IMG/VR virus record: IMGVR_UViG_3300021387_001666
Coordinates: 44,189 to 108,188 of that record
Direction: 5' to 3' (one strand)
Source of the DNA: a virus
Lineage: Duplodnaviria > Caudoviricetes
Length of the DNA: 64,000 bases
This document shows, one piece after another, positions 15,915 through 25,500 of the stretch. The notes below the pieces were generated by a model that saw only the letters and a program-made list of their open reading frames with translations, was not told the origin of the DNA and did no database searches. Both the position numbers and the translations under genes were made by a program. Each line of letters opens with the position of its first letter. Positions within the stretch are counted from its first letter, which is position 1.

Positions 15915-18515
15915 ATGGCAAACAAGAAAACAGGTGATATTGAAATAGGTGGCAGACTGTTTAATACTGCTACTGGTAATATAGTTGCTGGTGCTGATGC
16001 TATCAAGGATGAGGCAAAAGGCAAGACTCAAGCTGAAATAAATGTTGAGACTTATGAGCATGTGGCTGACATTAATGCTGCACTTCAAGAACTCAGTCCC
16101 GACCAAACAGAGGCTCTTGCACTGGCTACAGATGTGGTAAATTTAAAAGGAGATGTTGACCAAGGTGCAGTCTTTGATGTAAGTGCCAAATATCCTACAA
16201 GTGGTGTGGATGGTGGCAATACTTATACTCTTGAAGGTGCGCTTGCTGTACTTAATGCTAATCTTCCTGCCAGCAAGAAGAAGGGTGGAATGAGCATCAA
16301 GTTTGTACAGAGTTCTGACAACAAGTATGTGCAGTATAGATTGATGGCTGATGCATGGAGTGATGATACTGATGATTGGTTTATTTCAGAAGAAGGTGTT
16401 TATGTAGAGAATCCTGAGTTTGTCTATGTAAAGACAGATGCAGAAAATAAAATCTTATGGGCTATTAAGGCTGACGGCAGTATTTACTATGGTGCAGGAT
16501 GTCCACAACAAGTAAAGGACTACATTGAAGAAAAACTCTCATCATTATCTCTTGACGAATATGAGGATATAGTTGCTTTCATGAACGGCTTAGAAGAAGG
16601 GGACAAAACCTTACAGCAGCTATTGACTGAAAAACTTGATGCAGAAGGATTGGATGCTAATGCTCTTGGCACAATTGAAGTTATTGAAAATCAAGAGTGG
16701 ATTGATGTTAAGACAGACTCAGAGGGTAAAATCCTTGAAGGAGTTAAGGCTGACGGGACTAAGGTTATTGAACTACCTCTTGAAATACAAGGAGTACGTC
16801 AGGAAACTGTTGATAATCCTGAATTTATACAAGTTACTACTGATTTGGAAGGGAAGATTATTGAAGGGACTAAAAAGGATGGCAAAAAGGTGTTCTTCGC
16901 TGGGATTGAAGGAGTGGTTATGGATGCCGATATTGATAAATTAGAACATGATGTAGAATATGCCAATAGCCAAATTGCTTCTCTTACTGATGAGATTAAA
17001 GATATAGATGGCTGCTATCATGGAAATAATGCTATTGAACTGGCATATATTGACATGAACTCTACACTTGTTTCAAGTCATTTGAAGAATGGAGAAAAAG
17101 GACTTGTAGTTAGTGCAAGACCAGAACTTGTAATAAAGGATAGCCAAGGCAATGTAACTATTAACGATGATGTTGATTATATATGCTCGTCTGCATTCCT
17201 TTATGGCACAGTTTATTATAAGGTGTTCAGCGATATAGTCAATGGTGTTACAGAATGGTTCTTTGTTGAATATGATGAAAAGGCTGGATACAACAACTTA
17301 AAGAGCGCCTCTGTTCCTCTTATGGAAACTATGCCAGACTATAGTCAAGAATCCTGGGATTGGAGTAAAGATGTAAATGGGAGGTACACTATTATGCAAC
17401 AGGTCTATGACTATCTTGATGCTTTGATGGTTGAAAACCCTACTGTTATGGAAAAGTATGACCCAATGGCTACTCAGGATTATGAAGAAGATGGTGTAAC
17501 TATTCGTGCTATGCCAAAATTACGTGAATGGGACACTAATCCTCCGATTATACAATACATGATTAATCATGGGTATAGCCAGTATCCTTTTTGGTATAAT
17601 GGTATTTCGGAAGGAGATTATGATATAACTGTAGGAAGTAACATTTATCATGCACATCTTAAAGCAACACCGAAGTTTAAAACTTTTGTATATAAGTTAA
17701 GTAAAAAAGATATATGGTATTCAACAAGAAGCAATAGTAAAAAGATTGCAAGAAGAACATTGTATATTCAGGCGGGTGTTCATGGTGACGAGAATATGGG
17801 TCCTGTTGCTACTGCACATTTGGTCAAGGAGCTTCTCAGCGACTCAAAGGGGGCTTATTCAGTATTAGCCAATTATGATGTTTATATTCTGCCGGTTCTT
17901 GACGGCTATAACTCTTTGCATGGTTCATACAATGGTGCTTATGGCACTAATGCCAACAGGAATTATCCTACTCCTTGGTGGAGAGAAGAAGATGCTGCAT
18001 GGGGACTGGCTGCTGGTGACTATTTTGTCACACGACTTGCCTGTGCTTTTATAGATGTTTTCAAACCAGATGTAGCATTTGATGTGCATGACCAGACTGC
18101 TACTGCTCTTGATAGCCAAGGAAACTATTTCCATGACTTTGGATATTTCTGTAGTGGCCTTTACCATACTTGCCACCAGATGTATCAGACTGTTGCGGAG
18201 ATATTGAATGTAGTTCGCAATACACAAAGATTTGAGCAATACTTTGGTACTAAAAACCAAATTCCTCAGTTCAGTGCTCGGTGTGAAAGAATGAATGCGG
18301 CTCATGCTCACGATTATTTCTTCTACAAGGATATGAGAACATCAGGACTTATGGAACTTCCAAGTAGTATTAACTGGGTAGCACAGGAAGATGGTAGTTG
18401 TATATCACAAAGAGTTATTGAAAATGACTATAATGTTCATACATGGGAACTTGCAGCACTAATTCTAATTAACTTTACTTATGGAATGTGCGAATATAAT
18501 TTGATAACAAAATAA
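15915..18515 (+). CDS. Tail spike/fibre with three ~24-aa repeats and C-terminal M14-like zinc carboxypeptidase domain
   Basis: Repeats ENPEF..VKTDAENKIL / ENQEW..VKTDSEGKIL / DNPEF..VTTDLEGKII; HGDE, NANRNY, DVHD motifs. Confidence 0.7.
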   Translation: MANKKTGDIEIGGRLFNTATGNIVAGADAIKDEAKGKTQAEINVETYEHVADINAALQELSPDQTEALALATDVVNLKGDVDQGAVFDVSAKYPTSGVDGGNTYTLEGALAVLNANLPASKKKGGMSIKFVQSSDNKYVQYRLMADAWSDDTDDWFISEEGVYVENPEFVYVKTDAENKILWAIKADGSIYYGAGCPQQVKDYIEEKLSSLSLDEYEDIVAFMNGLEEGDKTLQQLLTEKLDAEGLDANALGTIEVIENQEWIDVKTDSEGKILEGVKADGTKVIELPLEIQGVRQETVDNPEFIQVTTDLEGKIIEGTKKDGKKVFFAGIEGVVMDADIDKLEHDVEYANSQIASLTDEIKDIDGCYHGNNAIELAYIDMNSTLVSSHLKNGEKGLVVSARPELVIKDSQGNVTINDDVDYICSSAFLYGTVYYKVFSDIVNGVTEWFFVEYDEKAGYNNLKSASVPLMETMPDYSQESWDWSKDVNGRYTIMQQVYDYLDALMVENPTVMEKYDPMATQDYEEDGVTIRAMPKLREWDTNPPIIQYMINHGYSQYPFWYNGISEGDYDITVGSNIYHAHLKATPKFKTFVYKLSKKDIWYSTRSNSKKIARRTLYIQAGVHGDENMGPVATAHLVKELLSDSKGAYSVLANYDVYILPVLDGYNSLHGSYNGAYGTNANRNYPTPWWREEDAAWGLAAGDYFVTRLACAFIDVFKPDVAFDVHDQTATALDSQGNYFHDFGYFCSGLYHTCHQMYQTVAEILNVVRNTQRFEQYFGTKNQIPQFSARCERMNAAHAHDYFFYKDMRTSGLMELPSSINWVAQEDGSCISQRVIENDYNVHTWELAALILINFTYGMCEYNLITK

Positions 18516-18539
18516 TATAACTTTTTAAAAATTAAAAAT

Positions 18540-19301
18540 ATGGGTAATTATTGTTTAGTAACTAAGTTAAAAGAAGCTGTTCAAAATGACAACCTTCTTA
18601 AAATGGGCGAATGTATCTTAACAGCAAGAACTGCTGTAGTCAATAACGGATTGTATTTAAAGCCTAAAAACTCTGGTTCGTTAGATTTGGCATTCTCAAC
18701 TCCTGTTTCAATTTATACAGCAGATTGGGAGCTTATTGAATCAAATGTTAGCAGCTATACTGCTACAACAGTGGTTAAGATTGCTTTACCTGTTAATACA
18801 GATGTCAAAATACATATTATCAAAAAGGGCGATATTCAATCAGTACAGGCGATTGGAGATGTAAATGTATCATTTAACGGGTTTGATTATTTGGATTCGT
18901 TAGGGTCATTAGAATTTAATACCAATGGTGTTCTTTCTAATCTTGACATCAATTTCTTGAAAGAGTCCGATAATATCAATTATGTTAATATCAAGAATGG
19001 TGTTGGAGGAGATATTAATGCCGTCTCTGGAAAGAACCTCTCTGAGTTTAGAATCTACAACGCAAGCGATGTGTATGGCGATATTGAAGCATTCTCTGCT
19101 TGTACCAAGATTACAATCCTCATTATTAACACAACTAATATTACAGGAAGTGTTGATAACCTACTTGATGCTTTGGCTGCATCAGGTAAGACAACGACTA
19201 TCAGTTCTTTGAGAATTTCTGACAAGGTAACATTTAGCAAGGGTGGTGCTGGTTCTTATAGTATTGTGTTTAGCAATGGTACTTGGGATGTAGCAAGTTA
19301 A
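18540..19301 (+). CDS. Spike-associated protein with LRR-like repeats
   Basis: GDI..L-type repeats (GGDINAVS, YGDIEAFS, TGSVDNLL); directly follows the spike gene. Confidence 0.6.
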   Translation: MGNYCLVTKLKEAVQNDNLLKMGECILTARTAVVNNGLYLKPKNSGSLDLAFSTPVSIYTADWELIESNVSSYTATTVVKIALPVNTDVKIHIIKKGDIQSVQAIGDVNVSFNGFDYLDSLGSLEFNTNGVLSNLDINFLKESDNINYVNIKNGVGGDINAVSGKNLSEFRIYNASDVYGDIEAFSACTKITILIINTTNITGSVDNLLDALAASGKTTTISSLRISDKVTFSKGGAGSYSIVFSNGTWDVAS

Positions 19302-19343
19302 CACAAAAAACCATAGTTCTTGTAATAACTAGGTACAAAAGGC

Positions 19344-19395
19344 AGTCACTTCGGTGACTTTAATCTAAAAAGTCCCATCCTCAGTGGTGGGACTT
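19344..19395 (+). terminator. Tandem hairpins ending the tail operon
   Basis: agtcac-ttcg-gtgact (cUUCGg) and aagtcccatc...ggtgggactt. Confidence 0.6.
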
Positions 19396-19436
19396 ATAAA
19401 ACAAATAAAGATAATAAAGAATATAAAACAAAAGTT

Positions 19437-19595
19437 ATGTTTGGTTTTCTTAAAAGATTATGCTGTAAACACGAGTATGAATGGAAACGCAATATTTATG
19501 GTGATGAAATAAATTATTGTGGTGGGAAACGTTCAATATGGAAGTGTAAGAAATGTGGTAAAATTCAATATAGAGATAAATTATATGGAAAATAG
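19437..19595 (+). CDS. Small Cys/His zinc-ribbon protein (52 aa), not in ORF track
   Basis: MFGFLKRLCCKHEY...WKCKKCGK. Confidence 0.7.
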   Translation: MFGFLKRLCCKHEYEWKRNIYGDEINYCGGKRSIWKCKKCGKIQYRDKLYGK

Positions 19596-19965
19596 TTTTG
19601 CAATGCCTATTGGCGGCAAAAGTATTTTAAGAAGTACTGGTGAAGAAGTTGAGATTATTGACTTTGAAGCTAAAATTCGTGGTGATAGAGCTGATGAAGA
19701 TTGGGTTACTTATATTGATTCAGAAGGCAAGGAGCATATTAAGGAACATCTTAATATTCAGCTGGACTTTAAGACTGTCGCTAATGACACTTTTGGTAAA
19801 TTGCTAGACATAGCTAAACCAAATAAATATCCTACTGAAAGAAATAGAAGAATATTTGAAGTAGCTAAGGAACTTTATTTAAATGGAAATAGAGGATATG
19901 GAATTAATGAAGCTGTAGAAGTAGCTACCAATCTTGTTGATAAAGTCGGAATTGAAACTGAATAA
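19585..19965 (+). CDS. Hypothetical protein
   Basis: ATG 19585 overlaps the preceding gene; 126 aa. Confidence 0.7.
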   Translation: MENSFAMPIGGKSILRSTGEEVEIIDFEAKIRGDRADEDWVTYIDSEGKEHIKEHLNIQLDFKTVANDTFGKLLDIAKPNKYPTERNRRIFEVAKELYLNGNRGYGINEAVEVATNLVDKVGIETE

Positions 19966-20091
19966 AAATACCAGAAAAATGGATTGTAGTAGGTCGTCTT
20001 CATCTGAATCCATGAACCCGTAAAACAGATATTCTGACAGGTGACAGACCATGAGGTAATTCTCTAGGAGTGCAGTAATGAAGACAAAAAG

Positions 20092-20119
20092 AATCCCATC
20101 CTTAATAAGGGTGGGATTT
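20092..20119. terminator. Terminator between convergent units
   Basis: aatcccatcctt-aat-aagggtgggatt with upstream A tract. Confidence 0.75.
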
Positions 20120-20138
20120 ATCATATAAAACAGACAGC

Positions 20139-20363
20139 CTATCTTTTCCTGCCAATATCTCTTATATTAACCATTCCAGAAATCAAGTTCGCTAAAACAT
20201 TCCTGCCAAAGTCATCCTCATTCTCTTGGTGATGATGGGCTAGGTGAGTGTTAATCACTCCTATAATCTGTCTGAGCATAAGATTATTTTCATGCACCTC
20301 ACTGTAGAGCTCATTTAAAGTTCTCTGAAGCCTTCTTTCTTCCCTTGTGGTCATCTGTACCAT
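20139..20363 (-). CDS. Hypothetical protein
   Basis: 74-aa ORF, ENEDDFGRNVLANLIS. Confidence 0.65.
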   Translation of the reverse strand: MVQMTTREERRLQRTLNELYSEVHENNLMLRQIIGVINTHLAHHHQENEDDFGRNVLANLISGMVNIRDIGRKR

Positions 20364-20481
20364 TCTTTAAATATCTCCTAACCTCAGGCATCCCAGACAT
20401 CTTCTTGAGTGTTTCAATCACCTGTTTCCTTGAGCTGCCTGTAAAATGTGCAAGCTGATTGATGATAACATCTTGATTCAT
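20311..20481 (-). CDS. Small hypothetical protein (56 aa), not in ORF track
   Basis: MNQDVIINQLAHFTGSSRKQVIETLKK...; ATGA overlap with upstream gene. Confidence 0.55.
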   Translation of the reverse strand: MNQDVIINQLAHFTGSSRKQVIETLKKMSGMPEVRRYLKNGTDDHKGRKKASENFK

Positions 20482-20813
20482 ACACTCTGTTCTATTGTAG
20501 GTTCTGTTTCAAAATCCTTTTCTGTAAGTTCCTGCTTTGAGTTATTGTTTGGATTAAACCCAAAGTTACCAGAGAACATACTGCCCATCAAGCCAAGAAG
20601 TGCAAAGTCTGGGACATTGGTATGATCAATATCTTCATACACTTCCATAGTCAGTACCTTTAGATACATCTCTATAGCAATCTTCCTGTTCTCAATCATC
20701 TTCTTCTTGTTAGGAGAAAGTTTGCTATACTTCTCACTATTCATGTAGTCTACTAATCTCAGGAGCCTGTTTTTCAGTTCTACCTGTTCTACTTTCAATC
20801 TCAAATCTTCCAT
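20478..20813 (-). CDS. crAss001_48-like helical hairpin protein
   Basis: RLKVEQVELKNRLLRLVDYM...IEMYLKVL pattern. Confidence 0.6.
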   Translation of the reverse strand: MEDLRLKVEQVELKNRLLRLVDYMNSEKYSKLSPNKKKMIENRKIAIEMYLKVLTMEVYEDIDHTNVPDFALLGLMGSMFSGNFGFNPNNNSKQELTEKDFETEPTIEQSV

Positions 20814-20832
20814 AACACTAAATATTTGATAG

Positions 20833-20941
20833 TGCAAAGATAACAGTTCTATAGTAAGAATAAAAACAATGCCGATTGTAAGGATTGGTTATAAGTTTTA
20901 TTAGTGTGTAAGCCATTAAGAATAGGCTGTATATCTTTGCA
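20833..20941. promoter_or_regulatory. Divergent promoter pair (TATCTTTGCA at 20833-20842 minus, 20932-20941 plus)
   Basis: Two exact copies of the motif back to back. Confidence 0.75.
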
Positions 20942-20966
20942 GTATCAATATTAAAGAAGAGTAGAT

Positions 20967-21251
20967 ATGTTTAATTTCAAGAAGTTGGTTGTTAAGTACC
21001 TGAGGGAGGCTATTCAGATGATAGAAAATGATGATTGTGAATTGTCTGATACTGAAGCTATGGATATAGTGAAGGTAATAGCTCACAGGCCTATGAGTAA
21101 GGAGCAAGCCTGCAATTATCTTAATTTAAGTAGGAGCAGATTTGATGATCTTGTTAGAGAAAGAAAGATACCCAGAGGAAAGAAAAAAGTAGGATTTAAA
21201 GAATTGTACTGGTATCAGGATGAGTTGGATTTCTGTAAGAAAGACAGGTAA
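20967..21251 (+). CDS. AlpA/excisionase-like HTH DNA-binding protein
   Basis: MSKEQACNYLNLSRSRFDDLVRERKIPRG...LYWYQDEL. Confidence 0.75.
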   Translation: MFNFKKLVVKYLREAIQMIENDDCELSDTEAMDIVKVIAHRPMSKEQACNYLNLSRSRFDDLVRERKIPRGKKKVGFKELYWYQDELDFCKKDR

Positions 21252-21278
21252 AAATTTGGTAGAATTAATTATAATGTT

Positions 21279-21288
21279 TAACTTTGCA
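21279..21288 (+). promoter_or_regulatory. -7 promoter element TAACTTTGCA
   Basis: 13 nt upstream of ATG 21302. Confidence 0.7.
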
Positions 21289-21301
21289 AATAGAAATGTA
21301 T

Positions 21302-21427
21302 ATGGCAAGTAAGAAAAGTAGAGGTTCTAATGGAAGAGCAAAACCAGCAATACCTAAAGCAGGAGTTACCAAGAACAGAGCTAGAAGGTACGACTGTGGA
21401 GGTAAAATCAAAACTAAAAGTAAGTAG
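21302..21427 (+). CDS. 41-aa highly basic peptide with YDCGG motif, not in ORF track
   Basis: MASKKSRGSNGRAKPAIPKAGVTKNRARRYDCGGKIKTKSK; first ATG after the promoter. Confidence 0.65.
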   Translation: MASKKSRGSNGRAKPAIPKAGVTKNRARRYDCGGKIKTKSK

Positions 21428-21782
21428 AATCATCAGGCTTAAAAGAACTCTGAAGATTCTTCCTATGATTATGGCAGGATTGTATTGGTTAAATACAGTC
21501 TTGTCATATTTTGATTTAGACTATAGTATTGTATCTTACTTAGCAGGAGTTGGTCTCATACCATTAATCTTTATATTCATAGCCTCTTATGCCTTTAATT
21601 TCTGCAACTATCATAGGATGTTTCTCTGGTATATTGTTGCTAATGATATAATTTGTTGGACAGACTATACTTTTGAGTTACCTATATCTAATTGGGACTA
21701 TATGATGTTACATTGTATTGTTGCAGGAGTGTTTCTTGGTTTAATACTCTATATGAGGCAGAGGTGTAGGAAAAAGTCTTAA
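21330..21782 (+). CDS. Multi-pass membrane protein (true start may be GTG 21396 or ATG 21465)
   Basis: About four hydrophobic helices. Confidence 0.7.
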   Translation: MEEQNQQYLKQELPRTELEGTTVEVKSKLKVSRIIRLKRTLKILPMIMAGLYWLNTVLSYFDLDYSIVSYLAGVGLIPLIFIFIASYAFNFCNYHRMFLWYIVANDIICWTDYTFELPISNWDYMMLHCIVAGVFLGLILYMRQRCRKKS

Positions 21783-21830
21783 ACTATACTAAAAGATAAG
21801 GTCAGATGTAACAGTCTGGCTTTTTTATTG

Positions 21831-21840
21831 TATATTTGCA
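21831..21840 (+). promoter_or_regulatory. -7 promoter element TATATTTGCA
   Basis: 20 nt upstream of ATG 21861. Confidence 0.7.
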
Positions 21841-21860
21841 AAGACTAAAAACCTTGTATT

Positions 21861-22247
21861 ATGTGGAATTGGATAAAATCTTTATTTTGTTGTAATAAAC
21901 AACAGGCCAAAGTCATTCATAGCAATGATATAATTAACGCAGATTATACTATATCAAATGCTTTTGAACACACATGGACTATAGTTGAATTTGCTAAAAA
22001 GCATGGTAAAATGCAAATAAGGAAATGTCCAGAGACAAATAACAGAGAGTCTTATTGGATATGTAGATTTCTTAATAATAAAAACGAAAGTACTTATGTT
22101 TATATATCCTCCAGACTTCAAGGCGTCTCTGCTAAAGAATTTTCTGAGCAGAGGAATTTTATTAAAGTAGGACAGACAAAAACAGGTAACTTTGTTTTGT
22201 TTGACTTTAGAAGTAAGAAGTGGGAGGATGTTGACTTAGGATTGTAA
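21861..22247 (+). CDS. Hypothetical protein
   Basis: 128-aa ORF with its own promoter; ends WEDVDLGL. Confidence 0.7.
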   Translation: MWNWIKSLFCCNKQQAKVIHSNDIINADYTISNAFEHTWTIVEFAKKHGKMQIRKCPETNNRESYWICRFLNNKNESTYVYISSRLQGVSAKEFSEQRNFIKVGQTKTGNFVLFDFRSKKWEDVDLGL

Positions 22248-22343
22248 TTTACATTATATAAGTATTCATTAAAAATAATTATACCTATTGATTTATCGGA
22301 GGATGATTTGTCTGTATTACCAGAATTAGAATAAAATTGGGTT

Positions 22344-22550
22344 ATGATGTATAAGTATTGGAAAAAGTATAAATGGTACATCATTGAGTATACCATTTAT
22401 GTGTGTTTTATTTCTACTATAGTTTCAGATTTCTATAGATGGAGTAAATCTGAATATCTAAAGTTATGGGTAATATGGTGTATTATGTTACCACTAATAA
22501 TTTATAGTGTAGTGTCAGGTATTAAGTACTTTAGAAATAAAAAGAAATAG
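22344..22550 (+). CDS. Small two-TM membrane protein
   Basis: Two hydrophobic stretches, basic termini. Confidence 0.55.
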   Translation: MMYKYWKKYKWYIIEYTIYVCFISTIVSDFYRWSKSEYLKLWVIWCIMLPLIIYSVVSGIKYFRNKKK

Positions 22551-22573
22551 GGAGAGGTTTTGCTCTCTCCCTA
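22548..22573. terminator. Terminator at convergence of plus and minus units
   Basis: tagggagag...ctctcccta hairpin. Confidence 0.7.
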
Positions 22574-22579
22574 CAGTGA

Positions 22580-25500
22580 TTAATAATTGGATGGAGTATC
22601 TTTGAATACTTGGAATATTGAATCATCTTCATCTAAGGTCTGAAGCCTTTCTATGTCCTTAGTAAAAGGGAACATATATTTTAGGAAATTCCTCCAATAT
22701 CTATTTTTACCCTTATGTTTACCCGTCTTTATGGTACTATTTGGACCAATAAGGTCTCCATTGAAAGGTCCATAGAAGAAGGTATATAAAAGAGAATTAA
22801 GGGTGTTAACACCAGCCATAGGTGAATTCAGCATGGTTAGAAGTGAAGACAATGCTTTTGGGTTTGGCATTGATGCCTCAGTTTCTAGTATCATACGTTT
22901 AGTCTGATAAATCCACCAGCGTCTCCAAAACTCTTTTTTATGCTTATCGGGTTCACCTAGTGCAAAGGACAAACCTAACAATGCTATATACATCATCATT
23001 TCCTGATGTACTCTTTTCACATTATAGCGTTGCATTTCATCCAAATTACTCCATTGGCTTTGTGCTCTTAGCATAAAGGTCATATAATCACGCATAAACC
23101 AAGGAAGTGCCATAGAAACACTTTCTCCAAGAGTTGTTCCAATTACTTTAGCTTTACCTAATAGATTCTCATCCCATTGTTCCTTGGTGTCCTCATTAAA
23201 CAGATAATGAAAATAACTTGTCCAATAACCCTCACGTTCCATCCCTAATGATGCATCAAAGTGACGCTTCCTGAATCTACGAGAATAATGCTCTATTGCC
23301 CATTGCCTAAAGTTCATAATTCCACGTCCCCACCAGTGTTGGTGGATTAATCCTTTATCTTCAGCATTCATTGCGCCGTGACAGGTCTGATTACAGTATC
23401 TAATCTTTTTTCTGATAGATTCTATATATTCAGATGTAACAGGGGAATTGTCAAGCATAGTTACCCCATTTTTTAAGCGCAACTCACTATTTCCATCCTG
23501 AGAATTAACCACTTCAAAAGCGTCATATAGTGATATACGTTTACCATTTAAAAGCAGTTTAGTGTTATGTAGTATGCCATACATATTTACATAATGAATC
23601 AAGTATTCTCCAGAACTGTATCCTATAAAAGAACAATCATGGGAAACAAGTTGGCGAAACATACTTTTGTAATATTTGGTATGACTTTTATCACTAAAGT
23701 TTTCATTTAGCGGGTCAAACTTCTCTCTAAAAAGAGTTGCCTTATGACTCATGTTGTTTGTTAGTAACTCCATGATGTCACCTGCTACTCCAGAGGTTCC
23801 AAACAATTTAGAATGTGCCCATGCGTAGTCTTTTAGGTTATAATATTCCCCAGCTCCTGCTTCTATAAGCATTTGAAATTCTCCAACCAAGAAGTTTGCT
23901 ACTGCTCCAGGAACATTGGTTACAAGGCCCTTAAATGAGGTATATGCTATAATTTTATCAAACAATCTTGTTAACAAATGCTCCTCATTAGGATTTCTTC
24001 TCTGTCCATAGATATGCTGTGATATAAATCCATCAATTAATCCAGCAGTATTAGTGTTCTTGCCCCATTTAAACAAGTCCTTGAAGATTCTTATCTGTTT
24101 GTTTTCAATAATATCAGCCTTAGGTTCTTTATCTCTCGCAACCTGTCCTTTGGTAAAATCACCAATAAACTCTACTACCTGAGCAATGTTGCTCATAGCA
24201 TCATAGTTTACAGCTGTACCAGCAAGAGCAGCAATACCAGAGGAGAAGTTTTTCAGGAGTTCATCCTGTTCTACTTTATTGACAAAGAAGATAGGTATCT
24301 GACGCAAGGGAGTGTTATCAAAAGCACCTTCAGTAATCAAGTACTCATCACCATCAATGATACCATTCATATTATAGTTGTCGTCATCTTCTCTTACTTT
24401 CCAAACATTCTCAAACTTGTTTCTGAGAGCCTTTGCTACATCCTTTACATCCTTAGCTTGTCCTAGAGCATCCAACATGTTTCTTCTGAGTTGGGGAGGG
24501 AGATATTGTTTCTGAGCATAAGCAGGAAGCAGAGAACCAATCTCACCTTTAAGCTGCATCATCTCATCATAATATTCCTGTTGTGCCTGTGTGAGTTGTT
24601 GGAATGGCTTTCTATACTGATGGTCTGGAACTCTCTCTGTTCTGCCATTAGTGTTATCCACTACTCTATCCTCAGTATTAGCATCTTCCCAATCCTCAAT
24701 AGCCTGTTTTAAGTCAAAGCCTCTTAAGCCCTGTCTGTACAAGTCTTTAATATGAGCAGTTCGTGCTGCTTTGTAAAGTCCCCAATCAATGTCAGAAATA
24801 ATATGTCCGTCATCCTCATACATAAAAGATGAGTTACTTCCAGACTTATAGAGTTTATCAGTAGCCCTACGGATTCTGATGGACATATTATTCATAATAC
24901 CATCCCTTGAGTCCTGGGCATTCCTGATGATAGTACCCATAGCAGCAATGATGGGATTAGAAGCCCTGCCTACACTATACAAGTAGTCAGAAATACTGCT
25001 GTCAGCAGCAGCCATTCTGATGACATTAATCATAGCCTGTCCATTAGGAGCAGTGCTACCCATGATTTGAGTCATCAGATTAATCATTGTAGATTCTGTG
25101 AGGTTGTCCAAAACTCTTTCCTTTTTATCAAAGAACTCCTTAAGGTCTTTGGCAGACTGACGGATGTTATTTATATCAGTTTGACCAATAGACTCATCAA
25201 TAGTCAGATGTTCATCAGCCAAGGCAGATACCAGAGGATAATATTGTTCCTTAAGAGACTTAATATCCTGAAGGACTCTTGCAGTCTCAAAAGCTTTCTC
25301 CAGCTCTGTGCCAGTCTGAGGAATATTGTTGAGCATATTGTCAATCTCAGAGATTTGAGTCTGGGCTTCATTTAGGAAGTTAAGTACACCAGAGTAATAT
25401 TTTTTATTAGCCAGCTCTCTCATCAACTGATTCAGTACACCTTCCAGTCTCTTACCCTCAACATTATTACCAATCTGTTGTTCCAGCTGTCTGATTTGTC

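Noticed and set aside
19879-20124. 81-aa minus-strand ORF
   Set aside because: Starts within a terminator hairpin and overlaps a plus-strand gene
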